Shown here: piece by piece, positions 1 through 9,317 of the stretch
Position numbering within the stretch: the first letter of the stretch is position 1
Layout of the letters: each line of letters begins with the position of its first letter
Origin: a virus
Lineage: Duplodnaviria > Caudoviricetes
Direction: 5' to 3' (one strand)
DNA length: 54,033 nt
Virus record (IMG/VR): IMGVR_UViG_3300031565_014860
Coordinates: 1 to 54,033 of that record
Translations under genes and position numbers: made by a program
Notes under the pieces: generated by a model
What the model saw: only the letters and a program-made list of their open reading frames with translations
Database searches by the model: none
What the model was told of the DNA's origin: nothing

Positions 1-960
1 TTATCCTCTTTTTAAATGTTCTTTAACAGTTATAAATTTATTAGTTAATATTTTTGCTCTTTGTGCTTTACGTGAATCTGCTAAAGTAAATGGTATATAA
101 TTCTTTATAGGATTCTTTTTAGTATATGATATTGATAATCCTATAAGATTAGCTACATGTTCTAATGATATTGCAGTTTCTGTACCTATATTATATATTT
201 CACATTCTTTTTTATGATTTAATAAATACTTCATAGATTCTAAAAAACTATTTGTTACATCATTAACATGTATAAAATCTCGCATTGTAGTCTTAGCATA
301 TAGTTTAAATTTTTCTGGTTTAAATGTTCTTTTCAATAATGATTTTTTATCATTTCGTTCTTTCATCCATTTCATTTGAGTTATTATATTTGCATATTCT
401 CCTTTATGTTCTTCTCTATCACCATATACGCTAAATAATCTTAATCCTATAGATGATATATTATATACATCATGATACATTCGTGCAAATCGTTCTATTG
501 CATATCTACATTCTGTGTAATAATCTGTAGGTTTAATATGTTGTGTTTCTGTAAATGTAGGAATATTTCCATTATATAATGAACTAGTTGATGCATAAAC
601 TACAGGACATTCATTTTCTTTTGCTAATTCTAATATACTTATCCAATCATTAATTGTTTTTCCTACTAATTCAGGATTATTTTTATACATTGGTGATGAA
701 GAAGGCATTCCAAGATGAAATATTCCATCATACTTTTTATATTTTTCAATTAGTTGTTTTTCATTACTATTTATTATATATATACTATTTTCTGTAGTAT
801 TATAATTTACTTTAATTCGTCTATCTCTAAATGAAACATTTTTTAGTATTCCTAATGACCCATCATCTATTATATCTATATAATGTCCTTGTTTATGTAA
901 TTCTTCAACTATATGACTTCCAATAAATCCTAAGCCACCTGTTACTAAATACTTTCCCAT
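1..960 (-). CDS. NAD-dependent sugar-nucleotide epimerase/dehydratase (extended SDR)
   Basis: Rossmann motif VTGGLGFIGSH, YASTSSLY, GLRLFSVYG, RDFIHVND, YNIGT. The catalytic motif reads YTECR (YxxxR rather than YxxxK). Start moved to ATG at 960, behind an AGGTGA RBS. Confidence 0.9.
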   Translation of the reverse strand: MGKYLVTGGLGFIGSHIVEELHKQGHYIDIIDDGSLGILKNVSFRDRRIKVNYNTTENSIYIINSNEKQLIEKYKKYDGIFHLGMPSSSPMYKNNPELVGKTINDWISILELAKENECPVVYASTSSLYNGNIPTFTETQHIKPTDYYTECRYAIERFARMYHDVYNISSIGLRLFSVYGDREEHKGEYANIITQMKWMKERNDKKSLLKRTFKPEKFKLYAKTTMRDFIHVNDVTNSFLESMKYLLNHKKECEIYNIGTETAISLEHVANLIGLSISYTKKNPIKNYIPFTLADSRKAQRAKILTNKFITVKEHLKRG

Positions 961-964
961 ATAA

Positions 965-1591
965 TCACCTCTTTTTTGCAACAAATAATTCCCAATTTTT
1001 ATTAGATATAAATGGATTGTGTTGCAATTCTTCTAATTTTTCATTATCTAATATTAATCCTGATTGTGTTATTTGGTTGTTCCACCAGTCTCTAGACCTA
1101 AGAGTGCAATGTTCTATTGTTTCATCTTTTCTTTCTCCTAAATGTATAGACATAACTACCCATTTAGATGCTACTCTTTTTATTTCTTGTAATGTAAATT
1201 GAATATCTTCTTCTGGAATATGTTCTAATACTTCAAAACTAGTCACTAAATCATATCTATTATTAGAATATGGTAATATTTCTTTTCCTAGTGTTACTTG
1301 TGTTAACCAATCACGAATTGCTGATGGACATGCTCTAATTGCATAATCAGATATATCACAACCATATGCTTCTATAAAAACACTTCTATATAAATATACA
1401 TTAAATCCTTTTGCACATCCACAATCTAATACACGAGTCGGTTTAAAATATGGATATAATCCCATAGTTTGTGTATCAATAACATTAAGTAATCCATGAA
1501 ATGTATATCCTTCATAATTAGATTTTCCTAAGGAAACTCCTTGTTCAAAATATGTTATATTATAAAACTCTCTTAAATCTACTTTTTTCAT
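965..1591 (-). CDS. Class I SAM-dependent methyltransferase
   Basis: VLDCGCAKG (motif I), GCDISDYA, YDLVTSFEVLEHI; resembles glycan-cluster methyltransferases. Confidence 0.88.
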   Translation of the reverse strand: MKKVDLREFYNITYFEQGVSLGKSNYEGYTFHGLLNVIDTQTMGLYPYFKPTRVLDCGCAKGFNVYLYRSVFIEAYGCDISDYAIRACPSAIRDWLTQVTLGKEILPYSNNRYDLVTSFEVLEHIPEEDIQFTLQEIKRVASKWVVMSIHLGERKDETIEHCTLRSRDWWNNQITQSGLILDNEKLEELQHNPFISNKNWELFVAKKR

Positions 1592-1595
1592 TTTA

Positions 1596-1745
1596 TCACC
1601 TCAATATTAATCTATTTCTATCTATTTTTCGTTTAAAACATTCATCACATATTTTTTTACCAAGCCATGTTTTAATAACACTCCATTGATAATAATAACA
1701 TTTTTGTTGACATTCTACACATATATAATGTTTTGCTTTTTTCAT
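1596..1745 (-). CDS. 49-aa zinc-finger microprotein (not in ORF track)
   Basis: Hand translation MKKAKHYICVECQQKCYYYQWSVIKTWLGKKICDECFKRKIDRNRLILR has two CxxC motifs; ATGA overlap with the primase stop. Confidence 0.65.
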   Translation of the reverse strand: MKKAKHYICVECQQKCYYYQWSVIKTWLGKKICDECFKRKIDRNRLILR

Positions 1746-2785
1746 TTGTAAAACCTGAATTCTCTATCTTTATCTGTAACGGGATATCCTTCTTGTCGTA
1801 ATGTATCCCAATTTGGAAAAAATAAATCTTCTCTTGAATATATATATTCAAACTGACCTTCATCATATAATGAATGATGTACTTTTTCTTTTGTCCAATA
1901 TTTCTTTACAATTTGAATTGAATTTTTCATAGATATTCCACATTCTCTCATACCAAGAATAGTTAAATATCTATCTCTCCACCCACACATTTTTGTAGTA
2001 ATCATATATTGTAACAAAGGAGGAAAAGATTTCATAATTGGGTCAATATTTTCTATATTAATATCTATAAATTCTAAAGGGACATTAATAGTATTTATAA
2101 AATCAAATTGTGAAATATCTAATTTGTTTTTTCCAAATACTATATCTTCTATTTTATTGGGTTGTATTTTAGCCAATTCTCTAATATCATCATATGATGA
2201 ATATAGTGTTTTTTCATTTATAGGAATACAATATCTCCAATCTTCTTTATCTATTTCTTTAAAAGGAACTCCTCTTTTTTTTCTATCCTTTTTTGGTGTT
2301 TTAACGTTTTGTGTTCCTGGTATTCTTACCATTTTTGCTATATCACCAATAATTTGTTTTTCTATATCTGCTTCTCTAACTTCTCCAATTGTTAATCCAC
2401 TTTGTTCTGCTAACCATCTTTGTGTATTAGCAACTGTAGCTTTTCTATTATTTAAATTTATTATATTTGTAGATGTATAAATATTAAATCCATGGCCTGA
2501 AAATATTATTCTATGTTCTATTGGTGCATTTTTTATTTCATTCATAAGGAATTCATGATATTGTATTGTTTTATCTAAACATGTTTTTATTGTATCTAAA
2601 TCAAGATATATTTTATCAATTATTGCATCTGTAGCTCTTTTATTAGTACAAGAATATAACGATGTATTACATGTTATTATTCCATTTCCTTTGCTTATAT
2701 AGTTATAAAATTCTTCTTTATTATTAACTGTTAATCTTTTATTACTAAATAATCTAGGAAAAGTACCAAATAGCAAATTAATCAT
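1742..2785 (-). CDS. Archaeo-eukaryotic primase, PriS catalytic domain fused to a PriL-CTD-like domain
   Basis: AEP motifs IYLDLD, FSGHGFNIY, DIAKMVRIPGTQN; C-terminal FPPLL...R....L...G...FEYIY...FFPNWDTLRQEGY resembles the PriL C-terminal domain. Confidence 0.8.
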   Translation of the reverse strand: MINLLFGTFPRLFSNKRLTVNNKEEFYNYISKGNGIITCNTSLYSCTNKRATDAIIDKIYLDLDTIKTCLDKTIQYHEFLMNEIKNAPIEHRIIFSGHGFNIYTSTNIINLNNRKATVANTQRWLAEQSGLTIGEVREADIEKQIIGDIAKMVRIPGTQNVKTPKKDRKKRGVPFKEIDKEDWRYCIPINEKTLYSSYDDIRELAKIQPNKIEDIVFGKNKLDISQFDFINTINVPLEFIDINIENIDPIMKSFPPLLQYMITTKMCGWRDRYLTILGMRECGISMKNSIQIVKKYWTKEKVHHSLYDEGQFEYIYSREDLFFPNWDTLRQEGYPVTDKDREFRFYK

Positions 2786-3503
2786 AATATATCCCTTTTT
2801 GTTTATTATGTATTTTCCAACATGTATCTTTTACTAAACATCCATAATCTGGACAAGGGTCTGGTTTAGTAAATACTTCTTGTTCTACTAACGTTTTTAT
2901 TTTATTAACTACTTGTAATACTTTCTCTTCATCTTCTGGTGTTATTGGTATGCTATATTTTTTTCCATTCTTTAAACAAATAATACCAACGTTTCTTATT
3001 ATATTACTTGGATTATTATGATTCCATAAATGAGCATAAAAGGATAATTCAAATATATGGTCTCTTGCTACTGATGGTTTAGATATATATCCTGTTTTAT
3101 AATCCCATATTCCCTCATTATCTACTCTATCTATTACGCCATTACAAATTTTAGTATAAAATTTCTTTTCTAATGATATTGGTTTATATAATTCTTTTGG
3201 TGTATCATTCCATCTTTCTACTTCTAATTTAATAAAATTATCAAAAAATGGCTGATATTCTTCATATTTTTTAACCGTTTTTATTATATCTAAAAAATCT
3301 TGTTCTGGATTTGTTATTTTATCAATATCTATAATATCAAAAAACTTTTCTACAACTGCATGTACATATTTTCCTCTTTCTGTATATTGGTTTCCTCCAA
3401 AACATTTCTTAATTGTCATTAAATAAAATTGATAAGGACACTTCAAGTAACTCAAACAATTCGATTTATTATAATAAAAAGGTAATATTTCTTTATTTTC
3501 CAT
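2778..3503 (-). CDS. Cas4-like / RecB-family PD-(D/E)XK exonuclease
   Basis: N-terminal CPYQ, RGKYVH, EKKF, GVIDRVD, DYKTG, ELSFY and C-terminal CPDYGCLVKDTC (1+3 Cys Fe-S arrangement). Confidence 0.85.
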   Translation of the reverse strand: MENKEILPFYYNKSNCLSYLKCPYQFYLMTIKKCFGGNQYTERGKYVHAVVEKFFDIIDIDKITNPEQDFLDIIKTVKKYEEYQPFFDNFIKLEVERWNDTPKELYKPISLEKKFYTKICNGVIDRVDNEGIWDYKTGYISKPSVARDHIFELSFYAHLWNHNNPSNIIRNVGIICLKNGKKYSIPITPEDEEKVLQVVNKIKTLVEQEVFTKPDPCPDYGCLVKDTCWKIHNKQKGIYYD

Positions 3504-3512
3504 ACTATCAAC

Positions 3513-5696
3513 TCACTTCATCCATTTATCTAAAGATTCACTTTTTTCTTCCCATCCTAATGCTGCGAATATAGGAGATGTTTTATTATCAATTGTTATT
3601 TCAATCATTTTTTCCCAATTAATAATTAAATCTTTTGGAGGAATATCTTTATATGCAATTCTTTTAGTATCTGGTTTATCTTTTATCTTTGCATAAATAT
3701 ATTTAATACTATCTCCGGGTTGTATATTCATATTTAAATTTTCATTTGACCATTTAGCAGCTTCAACATGAAATGTTTTTTTAATATATGTATCTATTGG
3801 TCTATTTATCATTGTTGGTATTGCAATATCATTTATAGAAATACCATATATTTCTTCTTTCTTTTTATTAATATATTCTTTACATTCTTTTTTTGTTTTA
3901 TTATCAAGAATCATTTTTAATAATTCTTCTTGAATTTGTTTTCCAAATTTATTAAAATTACTTTTTACTATCTCAAATCCAGATACATCAAAATAATTGA
4001 TTTCTTTTTTTCCATCATGAACTAACCAACCAGCATATCTCTTTTTAGCACCAGTCTTAATATCTCCTTTTTTAGAACTAAAGAATACATTTTTAAATAT
4101 TCCTTTATATTCATTGCTTATCCATTCATTTTTTTCACCTCCTTTATCTTGTACAAATTTATTATATCCTTCATTTGTAATCTTTAATAATTTGTCTTTA
4201 ACTATTAATATTTCATTTAAATCAGTTAATCCTGTCTCAACAAAACATGAATCTGTATCTCCATATATTACAGAATATCCTGCATCTTCAATTGATTTAA
4301 TAGTATGTTTAATTATTTCCTGTCCCATAGATGTTATACAACCAGCAACATTATAATCACAAACTCTATTATAATTAAAACCACAATATCCATATATACT
4401 ATTTGCTACTCTTTTAATTGCATATTGCATAACATAAAAGGTATCATATTCTTTACTTCCTTTTTTAAATTGTAATTGTTTTATTGTATATGTTTCTCTT
4501 AATTTAATTAAATACTTACATATTTTTGGATTAGTTCCTTCATCGGTTGAAAATGAAAATCCATTAATTAAATTTCCAGGTCTAATAGTATCAAAACTCA
4601 TATTAAACTGACAAATAATAGAAGGATATAGTCTTTTTAAATCAAATATTATTACTCCAGTATGTACTCCTGGCTCAGACTTCATTACAAATGCACCATC
4701 ATATGGTACTTTTTCTGTTTTAACTAATGTTGGTAATACATCATTTTTATATCTTAATAATAATATATCATCCATTGTCCCCGAATATGCTAATTTAGAC
4801 CATACACATCCTACATGTATTCTTAAATTATTATAAAATTCAACAATATGTTTTTTCTGGTCAATTTCTACAGCTAATGCAACATGTTCTCTACAACAAG
4901 AAATAACCTCATCAATATTTTTAATACTAAAATCTTTTGGCTCATGTTTTTGTTTATTTAATTCTAACATAGCTATTTTTTCTAATGAATATCCGCCTAA
5001 TTTATTAGGTTGCATTTTTCTATAATAATCACATAAATCAAAATTAATTACTCCTTTTATATTAAGTCTTTTTTTATTTCTTTCTCTTTTACCAGAAGAT
5101 ACTAATTTAAAAGGACTTAATCCACTCATATCTATATCATTATTATTACCAAAATTAATAATATAAGGCAAATCAAATCCATTTATATTCCATCCTGTTA
5201 TAAGTTCTGGTCTTCTATCTTTTATAAATTCTATAAATTTAAGAATAACTTCTTTTTTATCTTTAAATTTAAATATTTTTCCCTTTTCATCTTTACTTAT
5301 ACTATCTTCTATTCCCAATGCAAAAGTTACATCATGTTCCATATCAGAATCCTGACAAGTTATACATAATATAGGCTCAGGAGTAGTAATAGTATCTAAA
5401 CATTTATTTGTTTCAATATCAATACAACATACTCTTGGTATTTCAATTGGAAGAGGAATACTATGTCTATCTATTAAATATCTTTGAGCATAAGGATATA
5501 CATCTGCTTCATATGTTTTTGGATAATTTCCTCTTAATATATGAATATCTGCTGGTGTTTCTACCGTTATTTTATTTTTATTATTATCATAAAAATAAGG
5601 GGAAAAATCAGATATTCTTTTTACATATCTTTTTCTATCAGAATCTCTACCAATAATTACAATATCTTTTTTACCTTGTTGTTCAAATATAATCAT
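3513..5696 (-). CDS. polB: Family B DNA polymerase
   Basis: ExoI DIET, ExoII GWNINGFDLPYI, motif A FDLKRLYPSII, motif B KRVANSIYG, motif C YGDTDS, KKRY; C-terminal clamp-binding-like SESLDKWMK. Confidence 0.96.
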   Translation of the reverse strand: MIIFEQQGKKDIVIIGRDSDRKRYVKRISDFSPYFYDNNKNKITVETPADIHILRGNYPKTYEADVYPYAQRYLIDRHSIPLPIEIPRVCCIDIETNKCLDTITTPEPILCITCQDSDMEHDVTFALGIEDSISKDEKGKIFKFKDKKEVILKFIEFIKDRRPELITGWNINGFDLPYIINFGNNNDIDMSGLSPFKLVSSGKRERNKKRLNIKGVINFDLCDYYRKMQPNKLGGYSLEKIAMLELNKQKHEPKDFSIKNIDEVISCCREHVALAVEIDQKKHIVEFYNNLRIHVGCVWSKLAYSGTMDDILLLRYKNDVLPTLVKTEKVPYDGAFVMKSEPGVHTGVIIFDLKRLYPSIICQFNMSFDTIRPGNLINGFSFSTDEGTNPKICKYLIKLRETYTIKQLQFKKGSKEYDTFYVMQYAIKRVANSIYGYCGFNYNRVCDYNVAGCITSMGQEIIKHTIKSIEDAGYSVIYGDTDSCFVETGLTDLNEILIVKDKLLKITNEGYNKFVQDKGGEKNEWISNEYKGIFKNVFFSSKKGDIKTGAKKRYAGWLVHDGKKEINYFDVSGFEIVKSNFNKFGKQIQEELLKMILDNKTKKECKEYINKKKEEIYGISINDIAIPTMINRPIDTYIKKTFHVEAAKWSNENLNMNIQPGDSIKYIYAKIKDKPDTKRIAYKDIPPKDLIINWEKMIEITIDNKTSPIFAALGWEEKSESLDKWMK

Positions 5697-6748
5697 ATAA
5701 AAAACTCCTTTAATGATTTAGTCTTATGTTTATTAAAATGTCCATAATGTATATTTAATGTTTCCTCTAATCCATTTTTTCTTACTTCATCTATAAAAGA
5801 AAAATACTGTTTCTTATCTTTACAAAATGATTTATATGCTTCTATATCTTTAGATAATATTCTTAATATTTTTTGATATTTTATTATTTTATATAAATTA
5901 TGTAATCCTATTAATCTTTCGTTTTCACAAAAATCATTAATTGTAAATTTTTTGCATACTGGACAATCGCATGGCAATTCTTGTATTAATGTATCATTTC
6001 TATTTGAAAGTTTCAAAATATCTCTATTATACATATCAATCCAAAATCTTCTATTAGACATTCCATATATTGCAGAAGAAGAATCAAACGTTATTGGTAT
6101 ATCATACGCTTTTGATAAATAATTAATTATAGGCATTGTATTCTTTCCACTTAATCCAAAAAAATGAACTGGTTTTTTATATTCTTTAATTTGTTCCATA
6201 AATATAGTAAGAACTTGTGTTAAAAGCATTTTCTTTCCAGATAAAGGAACCAGTCCTCCTATTGCATATCCATCAAATAATTCAAAATTTCCCATTTCTT
6301 TATATTTATTAATTATAAAAGATTGTTCAATTAAACTATGTCCTTGTATAACTGCATATAGTTTTATATCTTTCTTTTCTTTTAAAGTAAGATATGCTTT
6401 TTCTACTGTTTTTATTTGTTTTTTTCTTTTTGTTTCTATAGAATCATTTTCTAATATAGGATAATCAAAAGTAAATCCGATATCAGCATTTTTCTCTTGC
6501 CATTGTAATACTTTTTCAGGACTTAATATTGAATTCAAGGTCATATTTTGAAATCCACCAGAATCTGCGAATAAAATAAAATCCTTGGGAATCTTAAATT
6601 TTTCTCTATAATTATAATCTGATATTCCATAATATGTTGATATTAATCCTGTATTATAAGTAAAAGGAGAGCTTTCTTCCCACCAATTATCTTGCATTTG
6701 TCCAGATGGTAATACTGGAATAAATTTACCTATTGTTTCTTTTGACAT
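5693..6748 (-). CDS. TGT-family guanine transglycosylase, probable viral DNA preQ0-insertion enzyme (DpdA-like)
   Basis: DSGGFQ, FDYP, AVIQG, AIGGLVP (archaeal-TGT-like pocket), VHFFG, TFDSSS, Zn site CDCPVC...HN; no PUA domain; adjacent to queC/folE/queE/queD and overlapping the polB start. Confidence 0.85.
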   Translation of the reverse strand: MSKETIGKFIPVLPSGQMQDNWWEESSPFTYNTGLISTYYGISDYNYREKFKIPKDFILFADSGGFQNMTLNSILSPEKVLQWQEKNADIGFTFDYPILENDSIETKRKKQIKTVEKAYLTLKEKKDIKLYAVIQGHSLIEQSFIINKYKEMGNFELFDGYAIGGLVPLSGKKMLLTQVLTIFMEQIKEYKKPVHFFGLSGKNTMPIINYLSKAYDIPITFDSSSAIYGMSNRRFWIDMYNRDILKLSNRNDTLIQELPCDCPVCKKFTINDFCENERLIGLHNLYKIIKYQKILRILSKDIEAYKSFCKDKKQYFSFIDEVRKNGLEETLNIHYGHFNKHKTKSLKEFFI

Positions 6749-6953
6749 TTCTTTTCCTCTAAATTAATTTTTCTATCTAAATAAAATCTTGCTTTTTTAA
6801 GTCTTCTATTTTTTTATTCTTATGATTACATCTGTTTATATATTTAATAACATTTCCTAAATGAAATCCTAATTTCCAATCTTCTATAACATTTATTGGT
6901 TCTATTTTTCCTTTATTATAATGAACAGGATGATTTATTTTATCTTTTTCCAT
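6730..6953 (-). pseudogene. DUF3310 / T7 gp1.7-like protein split by a -1 frameshift (not in ORF track)
   Basis: Frame 0 reads MEKDKINHPVHYNKGKIEPINVIEDWKLGFHLGNVIKYINRCNHKNKKIEDLKKQDFI* (stop 6777). The -1 frame after TTA AAA AAG restores the family tail KARFYLDRKINLEE (stop 6730). Confidence 0.75.
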
Positions 6954-7616
6954 TTAATCATCCATATATTTAATTGGGTCTTTCATTCCTGCTTTTTTAA
7001 ATGCTTCTAATCTTTCAGTACAGGAACCACATTTCCCACATGCTTTCTCTTTTCCTTTATAACATGTCCAAGTTAAAGAATAATCTACTCCTAATTTTTT
7101 ACCTATTATAACAATATCTCCTTTATCAATATCACAATAAGGAGCTAAAAAATATACCTTATTCCAATCGCATAAAGATATAGCAGTTTCCATTGCATCT
7201 ATAAATTCTTTTCTACAATCAGGATATATATCATGGTCTCCTGCATGCGCTCCATAAAATAAATATTTTGCACCAATTCCTATAGCATAAGATGTTGCTA
7301 AAGATATCATAACCATATTTCTATTTGGGACTACTGTTTGTTTCATATTTTCGTCTGCATAATTTCCTTCTGGAACTTCCCAATCATCTCTTGTAAGACA
7401 ACTTGGAGCTATTTCATTTAAAATATTTAAATCTAATATTTTATGAGGAACATTTAATTGTTTACATGTTTTTTTTGCATATTCTAATTCTTTATTATGT
7501 TTTTGATTATAATCGAAACTTAAAGCAAAAGTATCAAATCCAAGTGATTTAACATCATATAATAATGTTGTAGAATCCATTCCTCCACTTAATATTATTA
7601 CTGCTTTTTCTTTCAT
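6954..7616 (-). CDS. queC: 7-cyano-7-deazaguanine (preQ0) synthase
   Basis: LSGGMDSTT, FDYNQKH, VPNRN, YPDCR, TWTCY, CGKCGSC. Confidence 0.96.
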   Translation of the reverse strand: MKEKAVIILSGGMDSTTLLYDVKSLGFDTFALSFDYNQKHNKELEYAKKTCKQLNVPHKILDLNILNEIAPSCLTRDDWEVPEGNYADENMKQTVVPNRNMVMISLATSYAIGIGAKYLFYGAHAGDHDIYPDCRKEFIDAMETAISLCDWNKVYFLAPYCDIDKGDIVIIGKKLGVDYSLTWTCYKGKEKACGKCGSCTERLEAFKKAGMKDPIKYMDD

Positions 7617-8284
7617 TTTATCAACTCCAAAAACTCTTGCCTTGCACTTGCATTCTTTTTAAATTGACCCCCAAGTTTACTTGTAGTTGTATTGCTTGTT
7701 TGGTCCTGAACTCCCCTAGTTTTAACACAAAAATGAGTTGCATTCATTACAATAGCTATGTCTTCTGTATCTAATATATAACTTAAAGCATAATAAATTT
7801 GTTCGGTTAATCTTTCTTGTATTTGAGGTCTTCTAGAAAAATAATCTACTATTCTATTAAATTTACTTAATCCTATAATCTTTTTATTTGGAATATAAGC
7901 AATATGTGCTACTCCTTGAAATGTAACAAAATGATGTTCACATGTACTTGATACATTAATATTTTTAATTAAAATCATTTCATCATAATTCATTTTATTT
8001 TCTACTGTTGTTATTTTAGGAAAGTTTTTATCTTCTAATCCCCAAAACAATTCATTAACAAACATTTTTGCAATTCTTTTTGGAGTTTCTTTTAAACTAT
8101 CATCTTTTAAATCTAAATTTAAATCATTCATAATATCGGTAAAACTTTCTTCAATAAACTTTATTCTATCCTCAGTGGCGAAAAATTTTCCTTTTATTGT
8201 TGGAGTATTCTTACCTAATTTTCTTAAATAAGCATTTACGCTTTCTCCTAATTCTTTATCTGTTTTTGTTATATCTAAAACCAT
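7613..8284 (-). CDS. folE: GTP cyclohydrolase I
   Basis: ETPKRIAKM, STCEHH, GLSKFNR, RPQIQERLT, HFCVKTRG. Confidence 0.96.
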   Translation of the reverse strand: MVLDITKTDKELGESVNAYLRKLGKNTPTIKGKFFATEDRIKFIEESFTDIMNDLNLDLKDDSLKETPKRIAKMFVNELFWGLEDKNFPKITTVENKMNYDEMILIKNINVSSTCEHHFVTFQGVAHIAYIPNKKIIGLSKFNRIVDYFSRRPQIQERLTEQIYYALSYILDTEDIAIVMNATHFCVKTRGVQDQTSNTTTSKLGGQFKKNASARQEFLELIK

Positions 8285-8956
8285 TTAAACACCTCTTTTA
8301 TTTCCCCATAACCATATTTGTAATCTTGGTGAAAATCCATATTTATATTTCTTACATTTTTCTACTAACCATAATGAAATTTCTTTCAATATAGAATCTT
8401 CTACTCCTGCTGGCATTAAATATACATATTTAATTAAATTTTCATTGTTTTTAATAATATTATGCCAAAATATAAAATCTTTTTTTGTACCAATTACAAA
8501 TTTCCAATATATTTTTTGATTTCCTAATACTAATTCCATTTCTCTAAAATTAAGTATAGGTATAGTATGTTTCTTAAGAGATATAATTATTGTGTCTATA
8601 TGTTTTATTGAGCCTATTCTAGATATTAATGTTCCATTAGTTTCTATATGAAATATATATTTAAATCTAGGTTCATCTCTACATAATACTTTATAGATAG
8701 TTTCAATTTCTCTTATTTGTAATAATGGTTCTCCACCAGTCCATATAATTAATGTGTTTCCTTCTTCTATTATTCTATTTACAACTTGTTGAATAGTTAA
8801 TTTTTTTCCTTTAAATGCATAAGTTGAATCACAATCAAATCCAGCAGTTTCTTTAGTACAATTTAAATTACATCCAGCTAATCTTACAAAAGTACAAGGA
8901 AGACCCATAGCAGGTCCTTCTCCTTGTATTGAACTAAATATTTCATTCACATTCAT
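8285..8956 (-). CDS. queE: 7-carboxy-7-deazaguanine synthase (radical SAM)
   Basis: EIFSSIQGEG, FVRLAGCNLNC...CDS, TGGEPLLQ, IETNGT, SPRLQ. Confidence 0.94.
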   Translation of the reverse strand: MNVNEIFSSIQGEGPAMGLPCTFVRLAGCNLNCTKETAGFDCDSTYAFKGKKLTIQQVVNRIIEEGNTLIIWTGGEPLLQIREIETIYKVLCRDEPRFKYIFHIETNGTLISRIGSIKHIDTIIISLKKHTIPILNFREMELVLGNQKIYWKFVIGTKKDFIFWHNIIKNNENLIKYVYLMPAGVEDSILKEISLWLVEKCKKYKYGFSPRLQIWLWGNKRGV

Positions 8957-9317
8957 AATACTCAGCCCAACTATCTGCAGTTTCCCATACCCGTACTTTT
9001 TCTACTGATATATCTAACTCTTTTAAAGTTAAAACTGCAGATAAATTAATATACATTTCTCTAGCCATATTTTCTGCTGTTGGATTATTACTCATAATAT
9101 CATTTAAATATTTATGGTCATATTTATTATTAATCCAAGAATTCATTGTTGCTGATAATGTTTTAAAATCTATTATCATTCCATTTTTTGATAATTTATC
9201 CCCAATAATAAACAATTCAATTTTATATGAATGTCCATGAATATTAGCACATACTCCTTTATAATCATTTAAATTATGTGCAGCTTCAAATGTTATACTT
9301 TTTCTTAATCTGAACAT
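8943..9317 (-). CDS. queD: 6-carboxy-5,6,7,8-tetrahydropterin synthase
   Basis: FEAAH, CANIHGHSY, IIDF, DHKYLND, PTAEN, VWET. Confidence 0.96.
   Translation of the reverse strand: MFRLRKSITFEAAHNLNDYKGVCANIHGHSYKIELFIIGDKLSKNGMIIDFKTLSATMNSWINNKYDHKYLNDIMSNNPTAENMAREMYINLSAVLTLKELDISVEKVRVWETADSWAEYYECE

Noticed and set aside
2778-3503. Cas4-like gene as evidence of a CRISPR-Cas system
   Set aside because: No cas1/cas2 or effector genes and no repeat-spacer array; stand-alone Cas4-like nucleases are common in viral replication modules.
5693-6748. Host-type archaeosine tRNA-guanine transglycosylase acting on tRNA
   Set aside because: No C-terminal PUA region, coupled to polB and ending in a clamp-binding-like motif; a DNA substrate is more plausible, though tRNA activity is not excluded.
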